A stretch of DNA of 64,000 bases from Vulcanimicrobiota bacterium (GCA_963795695.1 CAWCJH010000002.1:701241-765240); one strand, 5' to 3'. Shown: positions 28,548 to 38,170, numbered from the stretch's first letter. The notes: generated by a model from the letters alone, not told the origin. Numbers and translations are program-made.

Positions 28548-30113
28548 ATGCTGCACGCGCTCATCGCCGCGACCGCGCTCGCGCTCACCGGCCCGCAGGT
28601 CGGCGCTCCGGCGCCCGATTTCCGGCTGCCCACGGTCGCCGGCAAGACCGTCTCGCTGGCCGATTACCGCGGCAAGACGCTGGTGGTGAACGTCTGGGGC
28701 ACCTGGTGCCCGCCCTGTCGCGAGGAGACGCCCGACCTGATCGCGACCTCCAAGAAGCTCACCGCCGCGGGCGACGTGGCCTTCCTGGGCGTCGACACGA
28801 CCGAGGCCGCGCCGATCGTGCGCGCCTTCGTTGCCTCCAAGGGCGTGCCGTACCCGCAGGCGATCGACGCCGACCAGACCTTCGCCCACGCCTACGACAT
28901 CCGGGCCTTCCCGACCACCCTGGTGATCGGGCCCGACGGCGTGCTGCGCGCACGCTTCATCGACAACATCTCGAGCGCGACGCTGACCGGCCTGGTCGCC
29001 GGCGCGCGCGCCGGCCGCGACGCCGTGATCGCCAGCGACGCGCAGAAGAAGATCGACGCGCTGCTCGAGCCGGCCAAGTTTCCGTTCACGGGCGACGTCG
29101 CGGCGGTCCGCGGCTCGGTGAAGAGCCTGCTCGGGGCGATCGACGAGGCCGACAACGTCGACGGCCCGAGCGACTACCTGCGCGTGCAGGCCGAGGAGAA
29201 CGCGCTGCGCGACGCCGCAGCCCAGGCGCTCGCGCCGCTGGCCGCCACCGACGCCGACCGGGTGCTGCTGGCCCGGCTCCAAGGCGACTCCGCCGTCGCG
29301 CGCGAGCGCTACGACGACGCGCTCGCCGCCTACGGCCGCGGCCTGGCGCTGGCCCCGAACGATCCCGACCTGCTCGACGGCATGTCGACCGCCTATCGCG
29401 CCGAGCACGACTACGTGCGCGCCGCCGACTACGCCGGCCGGCTCGCCAAAGAGCAGCCGAGCGTGGACAACTACGTCGGGCTGGGCGAGCTGGACGCCCA
29501 CGCCGGCCGCTACGACGACGGCGCGGTCGCCTACGCGCAGGCGATCGGCCTCGGGCGCGCCGCGGTGCAGCAGAAGCCGCACGACGCCAAGGCGATCCGC
29601 AAGCTGGCCTGGGCGTACCTGTACGAAGGCCGCCTCTTCGCCCTGGCCGGCCGCACCGAGCGCGCCCGGGCCGCCTTCGCGCAGACCATCGCGTGGACCG
29701 AGAAGCTGCCCACGACCGACGCGCGCTACGCGATGTACATGGAAGAGGGCCAGGAGGCGACCGTCGCGCTCGACGCCGCCCATCCCGGCGCGCGCACCGC
29801 GCTCTCGCTCGCGCCCTGGACCGGTCCCGACCTGCCGGGCTCGGTGGCGAGCACCTACAAGTACCGGCTGGTCGTGGCCGGCACGCCGGGCAAGAGCGTC
29901 GCCCTGGCCGCGAGCGGCCTGCCCGCCCGCTGGATCGCGTCGTTCTGCAGCGACCGCCAGTGCGCGCCGTTCCGCACCACCGTCGCGATCCCCGAGTCGG
30001 GCGTCAAGGTGGTCGAGTTCCAGCTCGTGCCCGAGTCGAAGCTCAGCGCGCCGGCCACCATCCGGGTCGACGGCGACGGCGCGAAGACGAGCGTAACGGT
30101 CGGCGCGAGCTAG
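28548..30113 (+). CDS. TlpA-like thiol:disulfide oxidoreductase-TPR protein (tandem paralog)
   Basis: Same architecture and the same conserved C-terminal block as the upstream gene. WCPPC motif present. Confidence 0.75.
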   Translation: MLHALIAATALALTGPQVGAPAPDFRLPTVAGKTVSLADYRGKTLVVNVWGTWCPPCREETPDLIATSKKLTAAGDVAFLGVDTTEAAPIVRAFVASKGVPYPQAIDADQTFAHAYDIRAFPTTLVIGPDGVLRARFIDNISSATLTGLVAGARAGRDAVIASDAQKKIDALLEPAKFPFTGDVAAVRGSVKSLLGAIDEADNVDGPSDYLRVQAEENALRDAAAQALAPLAATDADRVLLARLQGDSAVARERYDDALAAYGRGLALAPNDPDLLDGMSTAYRAEHDYVRAADYAGRLAKEQPSVDNYVGLGELDAHAGRYDDGAVAYAQAIGLGRAAVQQKPHDAKAIRKLAWAYLYEGRLFALAGRTERARAAFAQTIAWTEKLPTTDARYAMYMEEGQEATVALDAAHPGARTALSLAPWTGPDLPGSVASTYKYRLVVAGTPGKSVALAASGLPARWIASFCSDRQCAPFRTTVAIPESGVKVVEFQLVPESKLSAPATIRVDGDGAKTSVTVGAS

Positions 30114-30174
30114 CTCGCGCTTCGCCAGAGGGCGACCACGAGCGGTCGCAGCCTGCGTGCGTTCGTACCGTCGG

Positions 30175-30606
30175 TCAGGGAAGGACTTCGAACGGCTCGA
30201 GCGCTTGCAGGTTTCGAGGGATATCGATCCCGGGCTTCACGTACGTCTCGCGCGCTTCGTCCGTATACGTCACGGTCGCGTGAGCGAGGGTCTTCTGCAC
30301 GCCGCCTATGCGTGCCGTCACCACGCCTCCCGAGACCCAGAGCACGTCGCTGATCGGGACCAGGGCCTGTTCGTCGTCGCTCCGGATCAGCGCTAGCTTT
30401 TCGCGATAGATGCGCGTCCCCGCAGGGAGATCCGCCGGCCGTGAGGCCCGAAGCCGGTCGCTCGAACTCGAGTGAATCAGTCGAAGTGCCCGAACGCTAT
30501 CGGGGCTTGGCGCGTGCGGCGCCGTTGCAGAGGCTCCTCCGGTGCACCCGCCGAGAGCGGCAACGGCGAAGGCAACGGCGACAATGCCGAGCCTCTTCAG
30601 ATCCAT
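30175..30606 (-). CDS. lipoprotein of unknown function
   Basis: Signal peptide with a lipobox (ALGGC). Moderately lower GC than flanking genes. ATG at 30606 (or GTG at 30615). Confidence 0.5.
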   Translation of the reverse strand: MDLKRLGIVAVAFAVAALGGCTGGASATAPHAPSPDSVRALRLIHSSSSDRLRASRPADLPAGTRIYREKLALIRSDDEQALVPISDVLWVSGGVVTARIGGVQKTLAHATVTYTDEARETYVKPGIDIPRNLQALEPFEVLP

Positions 30607-30725
30607 GACGACCACCCCGTAGTCATCGCCAGAAAACCCATTATTGTGGGCCGACTCTACCCTGGCGGGAGCGGGGTGTCAATACCGCGGTTTCCTCGAA
30701 GGACGAGCTAGCATACCGGGGAGGA

Positions 30726-31001
30726 TTGCCGCGCGGCCGCGTAACTCTCCGGATACCTGCCAGGTACGCTCTGGCACCAGCGGCGGAGGGTCGGGCTACG
30801 GAGTCGGTCGTCGGGAAGGTCGGTCGCGTCACCGGGACGGTGGGGCCGGGCCACATCGGGGAGATCATGCTCCCGGTACGAGGTGGGTCCGAGCATTTTC
30901 ATGCGTATCCGGTCGACAAGGGCGTCTCGATCTCGGTCGGGACCCGGGTCGTCGTCGTCGAGTACCATCCGCCGCGCACGGTGGTCGTCGCCGAGGCATG
31001 A
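30726..31001 (+). CDS. NfeD-like C-terminal OB-fold protein (flotillin-associated)
   Basis: GKVGRVTGTVGPGHIGEIMLPVRGG...ISVGTRVVVVEY matches the NfeD beta-barrel domain. TTG at 30726 is preceded by GGAGGA. No TM region is seen, so the start may be later. Confidence 0.55.
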   Translation: MPRGRVTLRIPARYALAPAAEGRATESVVGKVGRVTGTVGPGHIGEIMLPVRGGSEHFHAYPVDKGVSISVGTRVVVVEYHPPRTVVVAEA

Positions 31002-31022
31002 GGCCTCGGAGGAGGTCGTAAC

Positions 31023-32436
31023 GTGACCATTTTGGGAGTCTCGGCGCTGGCCGTCGCCATCGTCGTCGTCCTGGGCATCGTCGTCGCCGTCGCGCTGTTC
31101 CGCGCGATGTGGCGGGTCGCCGAGCCCAATGAGGCGCTCGTCATCAGCGGGCTGCACCACAAGCCGATCGACCACACCGGCGAGTCGCTCGGGTTCAAGA
31201 TCATCACCGGCCGCGGCACGCTGGTCATTCCCGGCGTGCAGGTGGTGCGCCGGCTCTCGCTCGACCTGCGCGAGTCCGAGCTCGAGATCGCCTGCGTCAC
31301 CAAACAAGGGATCCCGGTCCACATCAAGGGCGTGGTGATCTACAAGATCGGCGACGACTTCGCGTCGATCGCCAACGCCGCGCGCCGCTTCCTCGACCAG
31401 CAGGACCGGATGGACGCGCGGATCCAGAACGTCTTCGCCGGCCACCTGCGCGCGATCGTCGGCTCGCTGACGATCGAGGAGCTGATCCGCGAGCGCGACC
31501 GCCTCACCGAGGCGACCCGCGGCGCGTCGGGCACCGAGATGGAGAAACTGGGCCTGATCGTCGACTCGCTGCAGATCCAGGAGATCGACGACCCGACCGG
31601 CTACATCGAGAACCTCGCCCGCCCGTTCGCCGCGGTGGTCCAGCGCGACGCGCGCATCGCGCAGGCGCAAGCGGATCAGGAAGCCTCGACCCGCGAAGCG
31701 GAGGCGGCGGCGCTCAAGGCCTCCTCGCAGCGCGACAGCAAGATCAAGGTCGCCGGCTACCAGGCCGAAGTCGACCGCGCCGCCGCCGAGGCCAAACAAG
31801 CCGGCCCGATCGCGGACGCGACCGCGCGCCAGAAGGTCGTCATCGAGGAGACGAAGATCGCCGAGCTCGACGCGCAGAAGACCGAGCAGCAGCTGCTCGC
31901 GACGGTGCGCCGCCCGGCCGACGCCAAGGCCTACGAGAAGGAGACGATCGCGACCGCCCAGCGCAACGCGGACATCGCCGCGGCCGAGGCGCGCGCGCGG
32001 CAGATCGAGCTGCAGGCGCAGGCCGATGCGACGAAGACGCGGGTGATCGGCGAAGCCGAAGCGTCGGCGACCCGCGCCAAGCGGTCTGGCCGAGGGCGAG
32101 GCGATCAGCGCCAAGGGGCTCGCCGAGGCGCAGGCGATCAAGGCGCGCGCCGACGCGCTGGCCGAGAACCAGGAAGCGGTCATCGGCCAGCAGCTGGCCG
32201 AGCAGTGGCCGCAGATCGTCGAGGCCGCGGCCAAGGCGTTCGCCTCGGTCGACCAGATGGTCGTGCTCAACGGCGCGCAAGGCGTCTCGGAGATGCTCGG
32301 CAAGGTGATGGCGCAGGGCATCACCGGGCTCGATCTGGCCCGCAACCTGCTCGCCCGCCGCGCCCGCCCGGCCGAGCCCGACGCGCCGGCCGCGCGCAAC
32401 GGCGAAGCCGCGATCGTGCACGTCGACCCGCAGTGA
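31023..32436 (+). CDS. flotillin / SPFH (band 7) family protein, interrupted by an apparent +1 frameshift near 32084-32086
   Basis: N-terminal TM helix and SPFH domain in frame 0 up to ...EASATRAKR. The conserved C-terminus (LAEGEAISAKGLAEAQAIKARADALAENQEAVIGQQLAEQWPQIV...VHVDPQ*) continues in the +1 frame. Total length 1414 nt = 3n+1. Confidence 0.75.
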
Positions 32437-32978
32437 GCCTCTGGCGCCGGATCGTCCGGCTGATCACGGGGGAGGCGCGCAGCTCGCTTGCGCGCCTCGA
32501 GGACCCCGCGGCGTCGGTCGACGCGGCGTACCGGCTTCAGCTCGAGCTGGTCGACGAGGTGCGCCGCCATCTCGTCGACCTGCTCACCGCGCGCAAGCGC
32601 TTGGAGATGCAGGTCGCCGCGTTCGCGCGCGACGGCTCGCGCGCCGCGGAGGTCGACGCGTTCCGGGCCGAGATCGCCGAGCTCAAGACGAGCGAGGACG
32701 CGGTCGCGGCGGCGGCGGAACGCCTGCGCCGCCGCGCCGACGGGCTGCGGGCCGAGCGCGAGATCACCGCCGCGCGGGTCGCCGCCGCCCGGGCCGGGAT
32801 CGCGGCGCACGGCACGATCGCCGGGGTGAACCCCGAGCACGCCGAGATCCGTACGCTGCTCGACGACGCGCGCGACCGCACCCTGGCGCTGCAGGCGCGC
32901 GCCGCGGCGCTGGCCGAGCTGGTCGCCCGCGACGACGCCGCCGCGCGCGGCACGCGGTCGCCGCAGCTGCCGGAGTAG
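32433..32978 (+). CDS. PspA/IM30 (Vipp1) family protein
   Basis: N-terminus SLWRRIVRLITGEARSSLARLEDP with a coiled-coil throughout. GTG at 32433 overlaps the flotillin stop as GTGA. Confidence 0.7.
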   Translation: MSLWRRIVRLITGEARSSLARLEDPAASVDAAYRLQLELVDEVRRHLVDLLTARKRLEMQVAAFARDGSRAAEVDAFRAEIAELKTSEDAVAAAAERLRRRADGLRAEREITAARVAAARAGIAAHGTIAGVNPEHAEIRTLLDDARDRTLALQARAAALAELVARDDAAARGTRSPQLPE

Positions 32979-33022
32979 CGGCTGGGCGCCACGCCGCTAT
33001 CGGTCGCGATGACGTTCGTTGC

Positions 33023-33211
33023 TCACCACAGCACGCCGTCGCCGACCAGGATGTAGAGGATCGGGCCGATCCCCCAGATCAGGCCGACGACCGCCCAGAT
33101 CGCCTTCTGCGCCGGGCGCAGATCGGAGCGCCCGGCGAGGTTGAGCCACATCAGCACGACCGCGATCGGGTGCAGGATCGCGGCCAGCAGGATCTCCAGC
33201 ACGAGCTTCAT
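33023..33211 (-). CDS. small PLDc_N-type membrane protein
   Basis: 62 aa (MKLVLEILLAAILHPIAVVLMWLNL...IWGIGPILYILVG), hidden at the 3' end of a long track ORF. Its ATG overlaps the upstream gene stop as ATGA. Confidence 0.55.
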   Translation of the reverse strand: MKLVLEILLAAILHPIAVVLMWLNLAGRSDLRPAQKAIWAVVGLIWGIGPILYILVGDGVLW

Positions 33212-34833
33212 CGAGTACCTCCGTCCGAAGCCTCGGCGCCGACCGTGTCGAGGTCGCCGAATGCCATCAGCGCGTCGAAGGGTGAGAGCGTCCGCTCGGT
33301 CAGCGAGAGCACCGCGCGGGCGTGGCTGCCGCCGTGCGGCCGGCGAGTGACGGTGAGGTCGTCGGCCAGCGCCGAGACGATGTAGAGCCCGCGGCCGCGC
33401 TCGCTCAGCACGTCGTCGGGCAGCCTGGGCAGGTGGCGGAAACCGCGCCCGCGGTCGAGCACGTGCAGGACCGGGGCGGGCCCGCCGAGGTCGAGCGCGA
33501 CCTCGGCCGGGCCGGGCGCGTGGCGCACGATGTTGCCGAGCAGCTCGGCGAAGACCACCTCGGCGGCCCCCAGCGCATCGAGGCCCAGACCGTGCCCGGC
33601 GAGCGCCTGCGAGACCGCATGGCGGGCGGCGCGCGCCGCGTTCGCGTCGGCGGAGGCGAACGTCCAGTGCACGATCGTGTGCGCGGTGAGCTCGGGATCG
33701 CGGCGCACGGTGAAGATCGCGACGTCGTCGCGCGTCTCCCCGGCGACCACGGCGTCGTGGATCGCGCGCGCGACGTTCGCGGCAGAGAGCACCGCGGGAT
33801 CGTGGAGCGCTGCCCGCAGCCGGTCCTCGCCGGCGGCGAGGTCGTGCGCCGCCTCGACCAGCCCGTCGGTATAGAGCACCAGCATCGCGTCGCCCGGCAT
33901 GCCGACGTTCTCGGCGATGCGCTCGCCCTTGGCCGCGACGCCGAGCGGCAAGCCGGAGGCGGCCAGCTCGACCCAGTCGGCCCCGCCGCGCCGCAGCAGC
34001 GGCCGCGGGTGGCCCGCCGAGGCGTAGGCCAGCTCCGAGGTGACCGGGTCGAGCACCGCGACGAAGGCGGTGACGATGCGCTCGGGGTCGTCGGCCTGGA
34101 GGGTGCGCTCGGCGGCGTCGAGCATCATCGCCGGGTCGGGATGGACCTGGGCGACGCCGCGCAGCACTTGGCGCACGGCCGCCATCGTCACGGCCGCGTC
34201 CAACCCCGATCCGCTCACGTCGCCGACCGTGATGACGACGCGCCCGTCGTTCAGCCGCAGCGCGTCGTACCAGTCGCCGCCGATCTGCGCTTCGTCCCGG
34301 CCGGCGCGGTAGTAGGCGTCCAGCACGAGGCCCGGGATCCGGGGCAGCGTGCGCGGCAGCGCCGCCGCCTGGAGCCGCTCGGTGATCCGCCGCTCGGCCT
34401 CGTACAGCGCCGACACCCGGCGCAGCCGCAGCGAGAGCCGCCGCGCGCGCAGCAGCGTCTCGACCCGGGCGGCCAGCTCGAGCCGCTCGACCGGCCGCAG
34501 CAGCACGTCGTCGACGATCTGCCAGATCGAGCCCGTCGCGAGGCCGATGTCCTTGCGGTCGGCCAGCAGCAGGATCGGCAGCTGGACCGGCTCGTGCGCG
34601 AGCCGCTCGGCGGCCAGCCGCTCGCGGTGGCGGTGCAGCGAGAGGCCGTCGACGATGACCAGGTCGACCGCGACGCCTTCGCCGGCGGCCTGCTGCCACG
34701 GCAGCTCCTCGACCACGTCGTAGCGGCGCGCGAGGACCGAGCCGAGCAGCCGCCGGTTCTCGGCGCTGGCGAGCAGGACCAGGACGCGCTCGCGGGCGTC
34801 GGGACCGTCAGGCGTGACGGATGCCGGCTTCAT
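33208..34833 (-). CDS. fusion protein: receiver-like domain + PP2C (SpoIIE-type) phosphatase + RsbW-like HATPase_c serine kinase
   Basis: N-terminal receiver-like fold (VLVLLAS...VDLVIVDG). PP2C core (GGDWYDA...VGDVSGSG...LVLYTDGL). C-terminal GHKL ATPase (ELLGNIVRHA...DRGRGF). Confidence 0.75.
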   Translation of the reverse strand: MKPASVTPDGPDARERVLVLLASAENRRLLGSVLARRYDVVEELPWQQAAGEGVAVDLVIVDGLSLHRHRERLAAERLAHEPVQLPILLLADRKDIGLATGSIWQIVDDVLLRPVERLELAARVETLLRARRLSLRLRRVSALYEAERRITERLQAAALPRTLPRIPGLVLDAYYRAGRDEAQIGGDWYDALRLNDGRVVITVGDVSGSGLDAAVTMAAVRQVLRGVAQVHPDPAMMLDAAERTLQADDPERIVTAFVAVLDPVTSELAYASAGHPRPLLRRGGADWVELAASGLPLGVAAKGERIAENVGMPGDAMLVLYTDGLVEAAHDLAAGEDRLRAALHDPAVLSAANVARAIHDAVVAGETRDDVAIFTVRRDPELTAHTIVHWTFASADANAARAARHAVSQALAGHGLGLDALGAAEVVFAELLGNIVRHAPGPAEVALDLGGPAPVLHVLDRGRGFRHLPRLPDDVLSERGRGLYIVSALADDLTVTRRPHGGSHARAVLSLTERTLSPFDALMAFGDLDTVGAEASDGGTR

Positions 34834-36274
34834 CGCCCGGAAGCGGCGCGAAGAGCGAGCTCAGCTGCAGCACCTCGCCGATCCGCACCCCCTGGGAGGT
34901 GATCGCGAACTCGCGCACGGTCTTCTCGAAGTCGCTCATGCGCTTCTTGAGCACGCCGACGCCTTTGCGCATCTGGGTCACGCCGTCCACGACCCGCTCG
35001 ACGTAGCGCAGGAAGACGAGGTTGTCGGCCAGGTAGCTGATCCCGACCTCGGTCGCGCGGAAGCTGGTGAGTTCCTTGAGCTCGTCGACCAGCAGCACGG
35101 TCACCCCGACGTTCTGCAGGTAGCGGCCCAGCGCGTGGATGCGCTCGGCCAGGTCGCCGCCGGAAACCGACATGCGGTACCCGCTCACGCTGTCGATCAT
35201 GACGATCCGGGTGCCGTGCTCGTCGACGTCGCGCCGGACGAGGTTGGCGAACTCGTCGGGACCGTAGCGCAGCGCCTCGAGGTCGGTCACGCTCAGGGTG
35301 CCGCGCGCGGTCATGCCGCGCACGTCCATCCCGATGCTCGAGCAGCGCCGCAGCACCGTCTCGCCCGGCTCGTCGAAGGTGTAGACCGTGGAGCGCAGCC
35401 CGCGCTTGGCGGCCTGCGCCATGAACTGGATGCCCAGCGTCGTCTTGCCGACGCCGGTCGGGCCGCTGATGAGGGTGATCGTGCCGCGCTCGATGCCGCC
35501 GTGCAGCATCGCGTCGAAGCGGGGCAGCCCCGAGGAGAGCGTGTCGAGTTCGAACGCGGCGCCGTGCTGGGCCGGGATGAGCCGCGGGTAGACCGTCGCG
35601 CCGCCCTCGCCCAGCACGAGCGTGTGCTTCCCGGTCCGATAGCCCGAGCCGCGGAACTTCAGCACGCAGACGGTGCGGGCGCGCTGCTCGAGGTCCAGCT
35701 CGATCACCCCGTCGGCGATGAAGCGCAGGTCGTCGTCGGGCGTCTCGGGCGTCGACTCCGAGGTCACCACCACGACCGCGCCTTGGTCGGAGAGGTAGCG
35801 CAAGAACGAGAGCGCCTGGCGGCGGAAGTGGAAGCCGTCGCTGGCCAGGAAGCGCAGGTGGGTCATCGAGTCGACGAAGACCCGCCGGGGCCGGACCCTC
35901 TCGACCGCCTCGACGATCCGGGCGGTGGTCGGCTCGCGCTCGACCTCGCTGGCCGAGAAGATGTCGTACGTCTCGGCCCGCGCGAACAGCTCGGGCGAGG
36001 GGCTCAGGTCGACGATGTGAATGCCGGTCGCGTCCAACCCGCTGCGCGCCGCGTTGGCCCGCAGCTCCGCCTCGGGCTCGGCGAAGGAGATGTAGAGCCC
36101 GGTCTCGCCCCGGCGCGCGCCTTCCGTCAGCAGGTGCCAACCGAGCGTCGTCTTCCCGCTGCCGGGCGGACCGCTGATGAGGTACGTGCGGCCCCCGATG
36201 AGACCGCCGCTCAGCACCTCGTCCAAGCCGGCGATCCCGGTCGAGGCTCGTTGATCGACCAACATTTCCGCCAT
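34808..36274 (-). CDS. KaiC-like double RecA-fold ATPase
   Basis: Two tandem RecA-like domains, each with Walker A (GPPGSGKTT / GPTGVGKTT) and GxDxxLxGG openings. It overlaps the downstream gene by 26 nt. Confidence 0.85.
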   Translation of the reverse strand: MAEMLVDQRASTGIAGLDEVLSGGLIGGRTYLISGPPGSGKTTLGWHLLTEGARRGETGLYISFAEPEAELRANAARSGLDATGIHIVDLSPSPELFARAETYDIFSASEVEREPTTARIVEAVERVRPRRVFVDSMTHLRFLASDGFHFRRQALSFLRYLSDQGAVVVVTSESTPETPDDDLRFIADGVIELDLEQRARTVCVLKFRGSGYRTGKHTLVLGEGGATVYPRLIPAQHGAAFELDTLSSGLPRFDAMLHGGIERGTITLISGPTGVGKTTLGIQFMAQAAKRGLRSTVYTFDEPGETVLRRCSSIGMDVRGMTARGTLSVTDLEALRYGPDEFANLVRRDVDEHGTRIVMIDSVSGYRMSVSGGDLAERIHALGRYLQNVGVTVLLVDELKELTSFRATEVGISYLADNLVFLRYVERVVDGVTQMRKGVGVLKKRMSDFEKTVREFAITSQGVRIGEVLQLSSLFAPLPGDEAGIRHA

Positions 36275-36318
36275 CCTATGCCCTCGAATGGGTCGTGCCG
36301 TTCGCTGCCGTACGAAAA

Positions 36319-37155
36319 TCAGAAGAAGGGATTGTGGGCTTTCTCCTGGCCGATGGTGCTGGGCGGACCGTGCCCCGGCATCACCACCGTCTGGTCGTCG
36401 AGCGCGAAGAACTTGAACCGGATGCTGGCCAGGATGTCGTCGTAGGTCGAGACGTCGCCCATCGCGCCGCCGACCGAGCCCGCGAAGAGGGTGTCGCCGG
36501 TGAACAGGGTCGAGCGGAACAGGAACGAGGACGAGCCGTCGGTGTGACCGGGCGTGTGCAGCATGCGGATCGCGGCGCCCTCCCCGAACGGCAGCTCGTC
36601 GCCGTCGCGCACCGGCAGCGCGCGCCCCGCCAGCGCGCCGATGGCGGGCGCGTCGGCGCGGTGCATCACGATCTGGGCGGCGGGGAAGGCCCGCGCGACG
36701 TCGGCGGTCGCGTCGCAGTGGTCGGCGTGCCGGTGGGTGATGAGGACGTAGCGCAGCGCGTACGGCCCCTCGTTCACCGCGTCGAGCAGGGTCCGAGGAT
36801 AGCCGGCCGGGTCGACCAGCGCGGCCGTCTTGCCGTCCTCCAAGAAGAAGAGGTAGCCGTTGGAGGGATGGGGATCATGCGGGTGGTGGCGCACCTCGGG
36901 CGGGAGCTCCGCGCCGGGGTACCAGCGCCGGGCCGCCGTGTCGGCGAACTTGCCGGGATCGAGCCGCAGCACGACCGCCACCGCCCGGGCCTGGTCCTCG
37001 CTCGGTACGCCCTCGCCGCGCATCCAGGCCGCGACCGCCGCCGGGTCGAGCCCGGTGCGGTCGGCCAGCCCGGTCGGGCCGAGCCGGTTGCCGTACATGG
37101 CCTTGCGCAACACGTCGGAGGGATCGTCTTCGAGGGCGAGCTGGGGCCAGTCCAT
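36319..37155 (-). CDS. MBL-fold metallo-hydrolase with an N-terminal HTH-like segment
   Basis: HRHADH metal-binding motif, a downstream His (HTPGHT) and Asp. The N-terminal 70 aa resemble an XRE-type HTH. Confidence 0.7.
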   Translation of the reverse strand: MDWPQLALEDDPSDVLRKAMYGNRLGPTGLADRTGLDPAAVAAWMRGEGVPSEDQARAVAVVLRLDPGKFADTAARRWYPGAELPPEVRHHPHDPHPSNGYLFFLEDGKTAALVDPAGYPRTLLDAVNEGPYALRYVLITHRHADHCDATADVARAFPAAQIVMHRADAPAIGALAGRALPVRDGDELPFGEGAAIRMLHTPGHTDGSSSFLFRSTLFTGDTLFAGSVGGAMGDVSTYDDILASIRFKFFALDDQTVVMPGHGPPSTIGQEKAHNPFF

Positions 37156-37211
37156 CGTCGGGCCGGTTTCGCTGAACCGGACGGAACCCCGCCCGGGTCG
37201 AAGAGGGCGCC

Positions 37212-38168
37212 ATGCCCGCCACCCATGCCAAGGTCGTCATCATCGGTTCCGGTCCCGCCGGCCTGACCGCCGCCGTCTATGCGGCCCGCGCCAACCTCGC
37301 CCCGATCGTCTTCGCCGGCCACATGTACGGCGGGCAGCTCATGCTCACGACCGAGGTCGAGAACTACCCCGGCTTCCCGGAGGGGATCATGGGCCCCGAG
37401 CTGATGGAGGCCTTTCGGGCCCAGGCCGAGCGCTTCGGCTCGATCATCCACAACGTCGACGTGACCGCGGTCGACTTCTCGGTCCGGCCGTTCGTCGTGC
37501 GGACCGACGAGGAGGAGTACGCCGCCGAGAGCGTGATCGTCGCGACCGGCGCGAGCGCCCGCTGGCTGAACGTCCCCGGCGAGGCGCGGCTGCGCGGGCG
37601 GGGCGTGTCGACCTGCGCGACCTGCGACGGCGCGTTCTTCCGCGAGAAGCACATCGTGGTCGTCGGCGGCGGCGACTCGGCGATGGAGGAGGCGACCTTC
37701 CTGACCCGGTTCGGCAGCAAGGTCACCCTGATCCACCGGCGCGACGCCTTCCGGGCCTCGAAGATCATGGCCGAGCGCGCGCTCAAGCACCCCAAGATCG
37801 AAGTCGTCTGGAACACCGCGGTGACCGAGGTGCTCGGCGAGGACGGCACGACCGCGCTGCGCTTGCAGAACCTGGTCAGCGGCGAGGAGTCCGTGCTGGC
37901 CGCCGACGCGCTGTTCATCGCCATCGGCCACGATCCCAACACCGCGATCTTCGCCGGCCAGCTCGAGCTCGACCCGGCCGGCTACATCGTCAGCCCGGAC
38001 GGCGTGCGCACCAGCGTCGAGGGCGTCTTCGTCGCCGGCGACGTCTACGACGTCCGCTACAAACAGGCGGTCACCGCCGCCGGCATGGGCTGCAAGGCCG
38101 CGATCGACGTCGAGAAGTACCTCGAGGGCCTCGGAGCAGAGCACTCGGCGGCGGTGGTGACCGCCTGA
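37212..38168 (+). CDS. trxB: thioredoxin-disulfide reductase
   Basis: FAD (GSGPAG) and NADPH (GGGDSA) motifs. Redox-active CATCDG. Confidence 0.9.
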   Translation: MPATHAKVVIIGSGPAGLTAAVYAARANLAPIVFAGHMYGGQLMLTTEVENYPGFPEGIMGPELMEAFRAQAERFGSIIHNVDVTAVDFSVRPFVVRTDEEEYAAESVIVATGASARWLNVPGEARLRGRGVSTCATCDGAFFREKHIVVVGGGDSAMEEATFLTRFGSKVTLIHRRDAFRASKIMAERALKHPKIEVVWNTAVTEVLGEDGTTALRLQNLVSGEESVLAADALFIAIGHDPNTAIFAGQLELDPAGYIVSPDGVRTSVEGVFVAGDVYDVRYKQAVTAAGMGCKAAIDVEKYLEGLGAEHSAAVVTA

Positions 38169-38170
38169 TC

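Noticed and set aside
30644-31021. 125-aa plus ORF overlapping the nfeD-like gene
   Set aside because: An alternate frame of the NfeD-like gene. R/G-rich.
30708-32840. 710-aa minus-strand ORF, together with 33322-34902 (+), 34814-36445 (+), 36774-38144 (-), 38825-41482 (-), 41196-42758 (-), 43626-45764 (-), 47300-49828 (+), 49590-51053 (+), 50728-52002 (+), 52263-54008 (+), 54102-55640 (-), 55568-56593 (-) and 56181-57311 (-)
   Set aside because: All are antisense or alternate-frame to genes with clear family motifs. None shows domain signatures.
31023-32978. Single 651-aa ORF in the track
   Set aside because: It is actually flotillin N-terminus, a frameshifted junk segment, then the in-frame pspA-like gene. 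Split accordingly.
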